A DNA stretch of 32,000 nucleotides from Bifidobacterium longum subsp. longum JCM 1217 (lineage in GTDB: Bacteria > Actinomycetota > Actinomycetes > Actinomycetales > Bifidobacteriaceae). Shown in pieces: positions 8,612 to 22,367 of the stretch. The translations under genes were made by a program, and so were the position numbers. The stretch's first letter is position 1. Every line of letters begins with the position of its first letter. The notes below the pieces were generated by a model, which was not told where the DNA came from, did no database searches, and was given only the letters and a program-made list of their open reading frames with translations. The DNA lies in NCBI RefSeq assembly GCF_000196555.1, contig NC_015067.1, forward strand, positions 2,070,001-2,102,000, in the 5' to 3' direction.

Positions 8612-8662
8612 GGCTCCCCTCTTTGAGGGGGAGCCGTCCGCGCGGCGGACCGGGGGAGATCC
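8612..8662. repeat. GC-rich two-hairpin palindromic element (REP-like), copy A, inverted relative to copies B and C
   Basis: GGCTCCCCTC-TTT-GAGGGGGAGCC (8612-8635) is directly followed by GTCCGC-GCG-GCGGAC (8636-8650) and CGGGGGAG. Its reverse complement aligns by eye with 25695-25739 and 29713-29757. Confidence 0.6.
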
Positions 8663-8687
8663 GAGACGCTAAGGCCCAAGGACGCGA

Positions 8688-8757
8688 GAAACACCCCGAC
8701 GCGCGGGTGTCCTGATATGGGGAAAGCCCCTTGGGGCGTGTGCTCCAAGGGGCTTCC
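8688..8757 (-). terminator. rrn operon 3' stem-loops downstream of the 5S rRNA
   Basis: On the minus strand, GGAAGCCCCTTGG pairs with CCAAGGGGCTTTCC (8721-8757, about 11-13 bp). It is followed by ACACCC-N8-GGGTGT (8691-8710) and then TTTCT. The U-tract is weak, so termination efficiency is uncertain. Confidence 0.5.
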
Positions 8758-8768
8758 TGTACGTGTGA

Positions 8769-8884
8769 TGCGGCGGCGTGCTACTCTCCCACACCCTGTC
8801 GGGTGCAGTACCATCGCCGTGCCAGGCCTTAGCTTCCGGGTTCGGAATGGGACCGGGCGTCTCACCTGGGCCATGGCCGCCGCA
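8769..8884 (-). rRNA. rrf: 5S ribosomal RNA
   Basis: The minus strand reads TGCGGCGGCCATGGCCCAGGTGAGACGCCCGGTCCCATTCCGAACCCGGAAGCTAAGGCCTGGCACGGCGATGGTACTGCACCCGACAGGGTGTGGGAGAGTAGCACGCCGCCGCA. This has the conserved CCGAAC and GGGAGAGTAG blocks and a closing helix I. The ends are accurate to within a few nt. Confidence 0.93.
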
Positions 8885-9052
8885 AATCTTCTCTTATACG
8901 GTCAGACGCTGGGGTCTGCCGGCCTGTGGCGGCCTGGGAACCGGACAGCGGACGCGGATATGTCGATGTTTCGTCTTGTGGCCAGACAATGCTCATTGCC
9001 GTCTGGTGTCGTTTGCAGGAGGAAGATGCGGTCCCCGAAGGAATCGGGGAAT

Positions 9053-12122
<3,070 letters not shown>

Positions 12123-12549
12123 CACGAAAGTGCATGGCCGCAAGATTCCTCTAGCAAATTCCCAGACGACAAATCATCACACTAAAAATGATCACAAAAC
12201 GATCGAAACGAACAATAGAGTTCGATTCGAAATCAACAGCAAAACAAAGATTCAAAAACTCTTGTTTTGCTCGCGTCCACTATCCAGTTCTCAAGCCACC
12301 ACGCACCGCCACGCCGACCAGACCGGCACACGGCCGGCCCGCAGGCACGACGGGCATCGAATCGCGCCAGGCAAAAAGCCTGGGGTGGCGATCCGGGAGC
12401 CCAAAAGCGCATCCATACCACCCCGGCACCCACCGCACGACCGGCAGGGCAAAGCCAACGACGTCTTCCACACCAGCAACCCCGCCGCCATCGCACCATG
12501 CGACGCGCGGGGCGCACACCGTCGGACGAACATCCGACTGAATTCTCCG

Positions 12550-14079
<1,530 letters not shown>

Positions 14080-14257
14080 AACTTCATGAAAAGCATCCGA
14101 ATAGATGACTCTCAAAACAAAAATTGACGAGCACGTCCTTAAGGAAGGACGCCCTCAAAAAACCTCACCCCTCATCAAACCCTCCCGGGTACCCAACCAC
14201 CACGACAGGCAATCAGGCGAGGAATGAACTGGCAATCATTGACTATAAAGAAGTAGT

Positions 14258-14284
14258 ACAAACACGCTCTTGAGTTCTCAAACC
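14258..14284 (-). promoter_or_regulatory. Conserved rrn leader element (boxA-type antitermination/processing region)
   Basis: The minus strand reads GGTTTGAGAACTCAAGAGCGTGTTTGT. As I remember it, this closely resembles the conserved actinobacterial 16S leader sequence TTTGAGAACTCAATAGTGTGTTTGG of mycobacteria. A related TTGAGAACTGGATAGTGGACGCGAGC lies in the spacer upstream of the 23S (about 12272-12297). Confidence 0.5.
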
Positions 14285-14417
14285 ACCACCACACCAGCCA
14301 GACGGGAAACCAACCAGAGGAAGGAACCCGCCGCGCTGAGCGGCAACAGGTGAATAACTTACACGCATGTCCGGATTCACGCAAATCAAGGCGCACAAAA
14401 ACCCCAGGAATCGTTGC

Positions 14418-14535
14418 AATCACACGGTTCCCTCGGCGTGTCGCAAACAGCCTATTTGCGCTGTTCTGATATCAGAATAATCCGTTTTGCATTGCCGATG
14501 CGTAACAAATTCATGTGTTCATCGGCGTGTTGCAA
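14418..14535 (-). promoter_or_regulatory. Two tandem putative rrn promoters (P1, P2)
   Basis: On the minus strand, P1 is TTGCAACACGCCGA (14535-14522) and P2 is TTGCGACACGCCGA (14446-14433). They share 13 of 14 nt and lie 89 bp apart. Each TTGC(A/G)A hexamer is followed after 17 nt by a weak -10-like hexamer: GAATTT at 14512-14507 and GTGATT at 14423-14418. The same TTGCGA -35 is used by the much better tRNA-Trp promoter at 17385-17413. The -10 boxes are poor, so this call is tentative. Confidence 0.35.
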
Positions 14536-14592
14536 GAATTCGATTGCGTGACCATCCAGGTTCACCTTCTCGCAACCGGTCATCGCATATGC

Positions 14593-14625
14593 AAAAAGGG
14601 ACTTCCCTTTACGGGAAGTCCCTTT
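14593..14625 (-). terminator. Intrinsic terminator after rplA
   Basis: On the minus strand a 13-bp perfect stem, AAAGGGACTTCCC-GTAAA-GGGAAGTCCCTTT, is followed by TT. It begins 26 nt after the rplA stop codon. Confidence 0.8.
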
Positions 14626-14650
14626 CAGTAGCTATTGAAGCTCGCTAGCT

Positions 14651-15343
14651 TCAGGCCAGGGTGTTCGGGTCAACCGGAACGCCCGGGTTCATCGTGGAGG
14701 TGATGGTTGCCTTGGTCAGGTAACGGCCCTTCACGGTGGACGGCTTCAGACGCTTGACTTCGTCGGCCACAGCCTTGAAGTTCTCGTCCAGAGCGGACTC
14801 ATCGAAGCTCATCTTGCCGATGAGGAAGCTCAGGTTGCCGTTCTTGTCGACACGGAACTCGATCTTGCCGCCCTTGATGTCCTTGACAGCCTTGGTGACA
14901 TCCATGGTCACGGTGCCGGTCTTGGGGTTCGGCATCAGGCCACGCGGACCGAGCACACGGCCCAGACGGCCGACCTTGCCCATCATGTCCGGAGTAGCAA
15001 CCACGGCGTCGAAGTCGAGGAAGCCGCCCTGAACCTTTGCGATCAGGTCGTCATCACCGACGATGTCGGCGCCAGCCTCGGTAGCCTCGGTAGCCTTCGG
15101 GCCACGGGCGAACACGAGGACCTTGGCGGTCTTACCAGTGCCGTGAGGCAGGTTGACGGTACCACGCACGAGCTGGTCGGCCTTACGCGGGTCAACGCTC
15201 AGACGGAACACAGCCTCGACGGTCTGGTCGAAGTTGTAGGAGGGCATGCTCTTGAGCAGAGCGATGGCCTCGTTGGCGGTGTAGAGGTTGTTGCGATCGA
15301 CGCGCTCAGCGGCTTCGCGGTACTTCTTGGAACGCTTTACCAT
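14651..15343 (-). CDS. rplA: 50S ribosomal protein L1
   Basis: A 230-aa ORF: [21 protein letters not shown]...[11 protein letters not shown]...[15 protein letters not shown]. It lies immediately downstream of rplK. Confidence 0.97.
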   Translation of the reverse strand: MVKRSKKYREAAERVDRNNLYTANEAIALLKSMPSYNFDQTVEAVFRLSVDPRKADQLVRGTVNLPHGTGKTAKVLVFARGPKATEATEAGADIVGDDDLIAKVQGGFLDFDAVVATPDMMGKVGRLGRVLGPRGLMPNPKTGTVTMDVTKAVKDIKGGKIEFRVDKNGNLSFLIGKMSFDESALDENFKAVADEVKRLKPSTVKGRYLTKATITSTMNPGVPVDPNTLA

Positions 15344-15358
15344 CTGTCCTTCTCCTTA

Positions 15359-15790
15359 TCAGTCCGTAACCGTGATGCCCATCGAGCGAGCGGTGCCCTC
15401 GATGATCTTCATGCCGGCCTCGATATCGCGAGCAGACAGATCTTCCATCTTGATCTCGGCGATTTCGCGAACCTGCGCCTTGGTGACAGAGCCGACCTTG
15501 TGGGTCAGCGGGTTCTCGGTGCCCTTCTCAACGCCAGCGGCCTTCTTCAGCAGAGCTGCAGCCGGCGGGGTCTTGAGCACGAAGGTGAAGGAACGATCTT
15601 CGTAAACGGTGATCTCGACAGGGATGACCTGACCCATCTTGTCCTGCGTCTGGGCATTGTATGCCTTGCAGAAGTCCATGATGTTCACGCCATGCGAACC
15701 CAGAGCCGGGCCCAGCGGCGGGGCCGGGTTGGCCTTGCCAGCCTGGATCTGGAGCTTAATCAGCGCCGAGACTTTCTTCTTGGGAGCCAT
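15359..15790 (-). CDS. rplK: 50S ribosomal protein L11
   Basis: A 143-aa ORF: [45 protein letters not shown]. Confidence 0.97.
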
Positions 15791-15911
15791 ATTATGGTTC
15801 TTCTTTCTATAACGCGGTTCGAATGGTCGCCGTCCTCAGGTTCGGCTGTCTGCCATCATGCTCGGTCTTGACTCATTATTTATCCGTGCATGCTGTAGGC
15901 AATCGGCCTGT

Positions 15912-15928
15912 GGTCGGTCTCCTCCCGC
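15912..15928 (-). promoter_or_regulatory. Possible L1-binding mimic in the rplK-rplA leader
   Basis: The minus-strand leader reads GCGGGAGGAGACCGACC. The L1-stalk region of this window's own 23S (rc of about 9781-9840) reads GGCGGGAGGCC...GCGGAGCCGTAAGG. The two share the GCGGGAGG octamer. L1 autoregulation through such a mimic is established for E. coli and for archaea. Confidence 0.3.
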
Positions 15929-16007
15929 AACTTATATTGCTGTGCTGTGCTAGCGAGTCTCCTCTCCAGACACAAGCTTTCCTATTATGCAAATCCACCC
16001 GGACAAC

Positions 16008-16036
16008 ACAAAAAGCCCGACCACGATGGTCGGGCT
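16008..16036 (-). terminator. Intrinsic terminator after nusG
   Basis: On the minus strand, AGCCCGACC-ATCG-TGGTCGGGCT is followed by TTTTGTG. It begins 17 nt after the nusG stop. Confidence 0.8.
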
Positions 16037-16052
16037 CTGCAAAGTTTGGGAG

Positions 16053-16946
16053 TTAATCTAGCTTCTGAACCTGGTGGAAGCCAAGCTCCACCGGCGTATC
16101 ACGGCCGAAGATGGACACGAGCACGGTGAGCTTCTGAGTGGTGGGCTCCACGTCGGAAACAACGGCGGCCATGGTGGCGAAAGGCCCATCGGTGACGGTG
16201 ACCTGATCGCCAACGGCGTAGGAGACCTCGACCCTGCGCTTCTTGGCGGCGGCGGGCTTGTCGCCGGCGGCCTTGAGTGCCTCGGAAGCAATCATCGGAG
16301 CCATCATCGCCACGACTTCCTTGCGGGAGAGCGGCGCCGGATCCTTGGTCGGGCCAACGAAGCCGGTCACGCCTTCGGTCTCACGAACGATACGGCGGGC
16401 GTTCTCATCCGGCCACATACGAATCAGCACGTAGCCAGGAACACGCACGCGGGTGATGACCTTCTTGCCCTTCTCGGTGTGCTTCTCGACTTCTTCCATC
16501 GGCACCTCGACCTGGAAGATCTGGTCTTCCATGCCGAAGGAGGCGACGCGGGACTCGATGTTGGTCTTCACGCGCTTCTCGTAGCCGGAGTAGGTGTGCA
16601 GCACGTACCACTTGCCATCAAGGGAACGCAGGGACTTGGAGAATTCGTCAACGGCCTGCTGACCGGCATCGGTCTCCTCGGCCTGCTCGGATTCGTTGAC
16701 TTCTTCCTCGTCCTCATCCAGAGAAACGGTCTCGGTCTGAGTGGAAGCAACGGGAGCGGATTCAGTCGCCGCCGGAGCGTCGGACTCAACATCTGCATTG
16801 TCGACGGATGCGTCAGATTCTGCGGAAAGGTCAGCGACCGGTTCGACCGGGGCAGCTGCCTCATCGGCAGCAGCTTCGGAAGCCTCGACAACAGGCTCCT
16901 CAGCCGGGACGGCGTCGAGGTTCTCGAGATTCAGTTCATCACTCAT
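16053..16946 (-). CDS. nusG: Transcription termination/antitermination factor NusG, with an acidic N-terminal extension of about 100 aa
   Basis: NGN domain: [23 protein letters not shown] domain: [21 protein letters not shown]. The Asp/Glu/Ala-rich N-terminus is common in actinobacterial NusG. The gene lies downstream of secE. Confidence 0.95.
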   Translation of the reverse strand: MSDELNLENLDAVPAEEPVVEASEAAADEAAAPVEPVADLSAESDASVDNADVESDAPAATESAPVASTQTETVSLDEDEEEVNESEQAEETDAGQQAVDEFSKSLRSLDGKWYVLHTYSGYEKRVKTNIESRVASFGMEDQIFQVEVPMEEVEKHTEKGKKVITRVRVPGYVLIRMWPDENARRIVRETEGVTGFVGPTKDPAPLSRKEVVAMMAPMIASEALKAAGDKPAAAKKRRVEVSYAVGDQVTVTDGPFATMAAVVSDVEPTTQKLTVLVSIFGRDTPVELGFHQVQKLD

Positions 16947-16975
16947 GCGTTGTTATTCACCTTAGGTTGTGCGGA

Positions 16976-17203
16976 TCAGCCGAACACCCACAGCGTGGCC
17001 TTGCCTAGACCGAAGTCCATGCCAGTCACGAGGGCCATCAGCAGCAGCACGAAGATGAATACGGCCAGAGACCAGAAGAACAGTTCCTTGGCGGTAGGGG
17101 TCACGACCTTGCGAAGCTCGTCGATGATCTGCTTGATGAACAGACCGATACGCATGAAGACATTCGGCTTGACTGCCTTTTCACTCTTGCTCGTCTTAGC
17201 CAT
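16976..17203 (-). CDS. secE: Preprotein translocase subunit SecE
   Basis: A 75-aa ORF with IIDELRKVVTPTAKEL followed by a single C-terminal TM segment. The tRNA-Trp-secE-nusG order is conserved. Confidence 0.9.
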   Translation of the reverse strand: MAKTSKSEKAVKPNVFMRIGLFIKQIIDELRKVVTPTAKELFFWSLAVFIFVLLLMALVTGMDFGLGKATLWVFG

Positions 17204-17240
17204 TCCGTACCTCGCGTCAGCTGCTTGATTATTAGAAACT

Positions 17241-17316
17241 TGGCAGGGAAGGCGGGACTCGAACCCACAACCTACGGTTTTGGAGACCGTTGCGCTACCA
17301 ATTGCGCCACTTCCCT
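17241..17316 (-). tRNA. tRNA-Trp (anticodon CCA)
   Basis: The minus strand reads AGGGAAGTGGCGCAATTGGTAGCGCAACGGTCTCCAAAACCGTAGGTTGTGGGTTCGAGTCCCGCCTTCCCTGCCA. I folded it by hand into a cloverleaf. The acceptor stem is 7 bp, the anticodon loop is CTCCAAA, the T-loop is TTCGAGT and the CCA end is encoded. Confidence 0.95.
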
Positions 17317-17384
17317 AGGTGAAAATCCACCTCGGCGTGCGTTCCGTAGAGAACGCTTCGCCACGGCGAAACCGCCAAGTCGTT

Positions 17385-17413
17385 ATAGTAACGGCTCCGG
17401 TGGATTATCGCAA
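17385..17413 (-). promoter_or_regulatory. Promoter of the tRNA-Trp-secE-nusG unit
   Basis: On the minus strand, TTGCGA (17413-17408), a 17-nt spacer and TACTAT (17390-17385), about 68 nt upstream of the tRNA 5' end. Confidence 0.55.
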
Positions 17414-17446
17414 ATCGCGTGTCGCGCGCGTAGCACGCGACTCTTC

Positions 17447-18667
17447 TCAGTTAGCCCATTCCTTGAATCGACGCATGCCTTCGGCTAGGTCTTCGTCGGC
17501 CAGTGCGTAGGAGAAACGCAGGTAACCGGGAGCACCAAAGGCCTCGCCGGGGACGGCGGCCACGTGGGCCTCATCCAACAGTGCAGCGGCAAAGTCAGCG
17601 GACGTATCGGACACTGTGCCCTTGGGACCCAGCGGCTTGCCAAGCAAAGCGGTGATGTCCGCAAAAACGTAGAACGCGCCGGTCGGAGTCGGGCAGTTGA
17701 CGCCCTCGATATCGTTCAAGGCGGTCACAATCGCACGGCGGCGCGCGTCGAAGGCCTTACGCATCTCGTGCACCTCATCCAGCGGGCCGGCCACAGCAGC
17801 CAAAGCAGCACGCTGGGAGATGTTGGCCACATTGGAGGTCATATGACCCTGCAGCTTGGCGGCGGCCTTGGCCACCTCAAGCGGAGCGACCATCCAGCCG
17901 ACACGCCAGCCCGGCATCGCATAGGTCTTGGCCACGCCGTTCAGCACCAGCAACTGCCCGCGGCATTCCGGCACGGCGGCACCGATGTAGGTGGTGTGCG
18001 CATCGTCATAGTTCAGGTGCTCGTAGATCTCGTCGGAGATAACCCAAATGTGGTGCTCGACGGCCCAACGACCGATCGCTTCCACGGTTTCCGGCTTCCA
18101 GACGGCTCCGGTCGGGTTGTTCGGGGAGTTGACGATGATTGCCTTCGTATGCTCGGTACGGGCCGCTTCCAGCGCCTCAAGCGAGGGCTCGAAGTTCACG
18201 TCGGCACCGGCGAATACTTCGACCGGCACACCACCGGCAAGCTTCACAGCCTCGGGGTAGCTGGTCCAGTACGGAGCGGGAATGATGACCTCATCGCCAT
18301 CGTTGAGCAAGATCTGGAAGGATTCATACACGGCCTGCTTGCCGCCGTTGGTCACCACGACCTGATCGGCATTGACCTCATAGCCGGAATCGCGCAGCAT
18401 CTTAGCCGCAATCGCTTCGCGCAGCTCGGGCAGGCCCGGCGTAGGCGTGTACTTGTAATTCTTCGGGTCAAGGCAGGCATCTGCCGCAGCCTTGACCACG
18501 TTTGCGGGGGTCGGGAAATTCGGTTCACCTGCGCCGAAGCCGACAACGTCAAGTCCGGCGGCCTTCATGGCCTTGGCCTTGGAATCGACGGCGAGCGTAG
18601 CGCTCGGTGCCACAGTGTTGATACGGTCGGAAAGAGTCTGCCATTGCGCCATAGTCATGGCTCCCAT
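17447..18667 (-). CDS. aspC: Class I pyridoxal-phosphate-dependent aminotransferase (aspartate aminotransferase type)
   Basis: [43 protein letters not shown]...NPTGAV...[13 protein letters not shown] (the PLP lysine context). There are three in-frame ATGs at 18667, 18658 and 18652. The GGGAG box is best spaced (8 nt) for 18652. Confidence 0.85.
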   Translation of the reverse strand: MGAMTMAQWQTLSDRINTVAPSATLAVDSKAKAMKAAGLDVVGFGAGEPNFPTPANVVKAAADACLDPKNYKYTPTPGLPELREAIAAKMLRDSGYEVNADQVVVTNGGKQAVYESFQILLNDGDEVIIPAPYWTSYPEAVKLAGGVPVEVFAGADVNFEPSLEALEAARTEHTKAIIVNSPNNPTGAVWKPETVEAIGRWAVEHHIWVISDEIYEHLNYDDAHTTYIGAAVPECRGQLLVLNGVAKTYAMPGWRVGWMVAPLEVAKAAAKLQGHMTSNVANISQRAALAAVAGPLDEVHEMRKAFDARRRAIVTALNDIEGVNCPTPTGAFYVFADITALLGKPLGPKGTVSDTSADFAAALLDEAHVAAVPGEAFGAPGYLRFSYALADEDLAEGMRRFKEWAN

Positions 18668-18742
18668 GCTAAACCTACAGCACGAAAAATCGCCAGAGCC
18701 GCACTATGGTGATGGAATCTGTCGTGTGACAGATTCCATCAG

Positions 18743-19876
18743 TCACACGAGCACGAGATTGTCGCGATGAACCAGTGGGTGGGCGTACTGGGGGCCGAGG
18801 AAACGCTTGAGTTGGGCGGTGTTACGCCCGAGCATCTGCGGAATTTCTTCGGAATCGAAGCCGGCGAGGCCTCGGGCCAGGTGTTCACCGCTTTCGGCAT
18901 CGATCCAGACCGGATCGCCGGCGGAAAAATCGCCATGTACTTCGAGCGCGCCGGCCGCCAGCAGCGAGGCACGCCCGCCGCGAATCGCCTGGCCGGCACC
19001 CGCATCGACCACAATCGTGCCGCGCGGGTCGGCGGCGAAGCCGATCCACAGACGGCGTGAGGAGCCGCGGGCCTTAACCGGTGCGAACACGGTGCCCACC
19101 GGATCGCCCATCATCGCAGGGCCCGCGTTCGAGGCGCAGGTGAGTACCGTGGGGATGCCCGAGACGGCCGCCACGCGCGCGGCCTCGAGTTTGGTGACCA
19201 TGCCGCCGGTGCCGACCTTGGAGCCGGAGCCGGAGACTTGGATGTCGCCCAGCGCATCAATCACGTTGGGCACATATTCCACACGGCGGGAGCCGGGCTG
19301 CGAGGGCGGCGCAGTGTACAGCGCGTCCACGTCGGTCAGTAGCACCAAGGCTTCGGCCCGCACCAGGTTGGCCACCAACGCGGAGAGTCGATCGTTGTCG
19401 CCGAAGCGAATCTCGTTCGAGGCCAACGAATCGTTTTCGTTGATGATCGGCACCACGCCGAGGTCAAGCAGACGGTCCAGCGTGCGTTCCACATTGCGGT
19501 ACTGGGTGGCACGAATCGTATCTTCGGCAGTGATCAGAATCTGGCCGACGCGAATACCGAATCGACCGAACGCAGTCTCGTAGCGGGCCATCAGTAGCCC
19601 TTGGCCGACGGCTGCGGTGGCCTGCTGAGTGGCCACGTCCACCGGCCGCGAGTCAAAGCCCAGAGGCCCGAAACCGGCGGCGATAGCACCGGACGAGACC
19701 AGCACCACACGTCCGCCCATCAATCGGACCTGAGCCAAGGCCGCGGCCAACGCGTCGAGCTTGTCCGGGTCGAGGTGACCGCTCGGCTGGGTCAGCGAGC
19801 TGGAGCCGACTTTCACGACAATGGTTCCGGCTGCGGCGATCATGCGCCGCACCTCGGCCTGACTCGGAGTGCTCAT
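18743..19876 (-). CDS. proB: Glutamate 5-kinase
   Basis: IVVKVGSSSLT...INENDS, with a C-terminal PUA-like domain. Its ATG directly abuts the obgE stop codon (TAAATG at 19879-19874). Confidence 0.93.
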   Translation of the reverse strand: MSTPSQAEVRRMIAAAGTIVVKVGSSSLTQPSGHLDPDKLDALAAALAQVRLMGGRVVLVSSGAIAAGFGPLGFDSRPVDVATQQATAAVGQGLLMARYETAFGRFGIRVGQILITAEDTIRATQYRNVERTLDRLLDLGVVPIINENDSLASNEIRFGDNDRLSALVANLVRAEALVLLTDVDALYTAPPSQPGSRRVEYVPNVIDALGDIQVSGSGSKVGTGGMVTKLEAARVAAVSGIPTVLTCASNAGPAMMGDPVGTVFAPVKARGSSRRLWIGFAADPRGTIVVDAGAGQAIRGGRASLLAAGALEVHGDFSAGDPVWIDAESGEHLARGLAGFDSEEIPQMLGRNTAQLKRFLGPQYAHPLVHRDNLVLV

Positions 19877-21885
<2,009 letters not shown>

Positions 21886-21907
21886 GATTCATGGTCCTTT
21901 CTATAAC

Positions 21908-22216
21908 TCAGGCAATCGCCGTGATCTTGACGATAGTCAGCTTCTGGCGATGACCCTTACGGCGAGCAACACCAGTCTTGTTCTTGTACTTCTGGATGCT
22001 AATCTTCGGGCCCTTGGCTTCGTCGTTCACAACCTCAGCCTTGACGGACACCTTGGCCAGATCGGCGGCGGCAAGGGTGACCTTGTCACCATCGACAACG
22101 AGGGAGACCGGGAATTCCACGGTATCGCCCTTCTTAGCGTCGAGACGGTTCACGAGGATGACGTCGCCAACCTCGACCTTTTCCTGATGGCCACCGGCCT
22201 TCACAATCGCGTACAT
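21908..22216 (-). CDS. rplU: 50S ribosomal protein L21
   Basis: The ORF was trimmed to the ATG at 22216, giving the canonical [15 protein letters not shown]-terminus (102 aa). AAGGAA lies upstream. Confidence 0.95.
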   Translation of the reverse strand: MYAIVKAGGHQEKVEVGDVILVNRLDAKKGDTVEFPVSLVVDGDKVTLAAADLAKVSVKAEVVNDEAKGPKISIQKYKNKTGVARRKGHRQKLTIVKITAIA

Positions 22217-22367
22217 TATCGTTCCTTTTATGTTTTGGAAAGCTACCTTGCCTAACACGCACCGAGCTTGCGGTCAGACACCGAGTTTCGAATCTACACC
22301 ACCATGCGGACTAAATCAAATGATTTTTGCCCGCGTGTCAAGCACGACACACCTGTTACTCTTCCGC

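Noticed and set aside
8491-8874. An N-terminal 128-aa extension of the second IclR ORF (the 405-aa version, 7657..8874).
   Set aside because: The extension reads antisense through the 5S rRNA gene and the rrn terminator hairpins. An internal ATG at 8490 has a perfect AGGAGG with an 8-nt spacer, and the IclR wHTH starts right after it.
21908-22258. A 14-aa N-terminal extension of rplU in the ORF track.
   Set aside because: The canonical L21 N-terminus [11 protein letters not shown] begins at the internal ATG at 22216.
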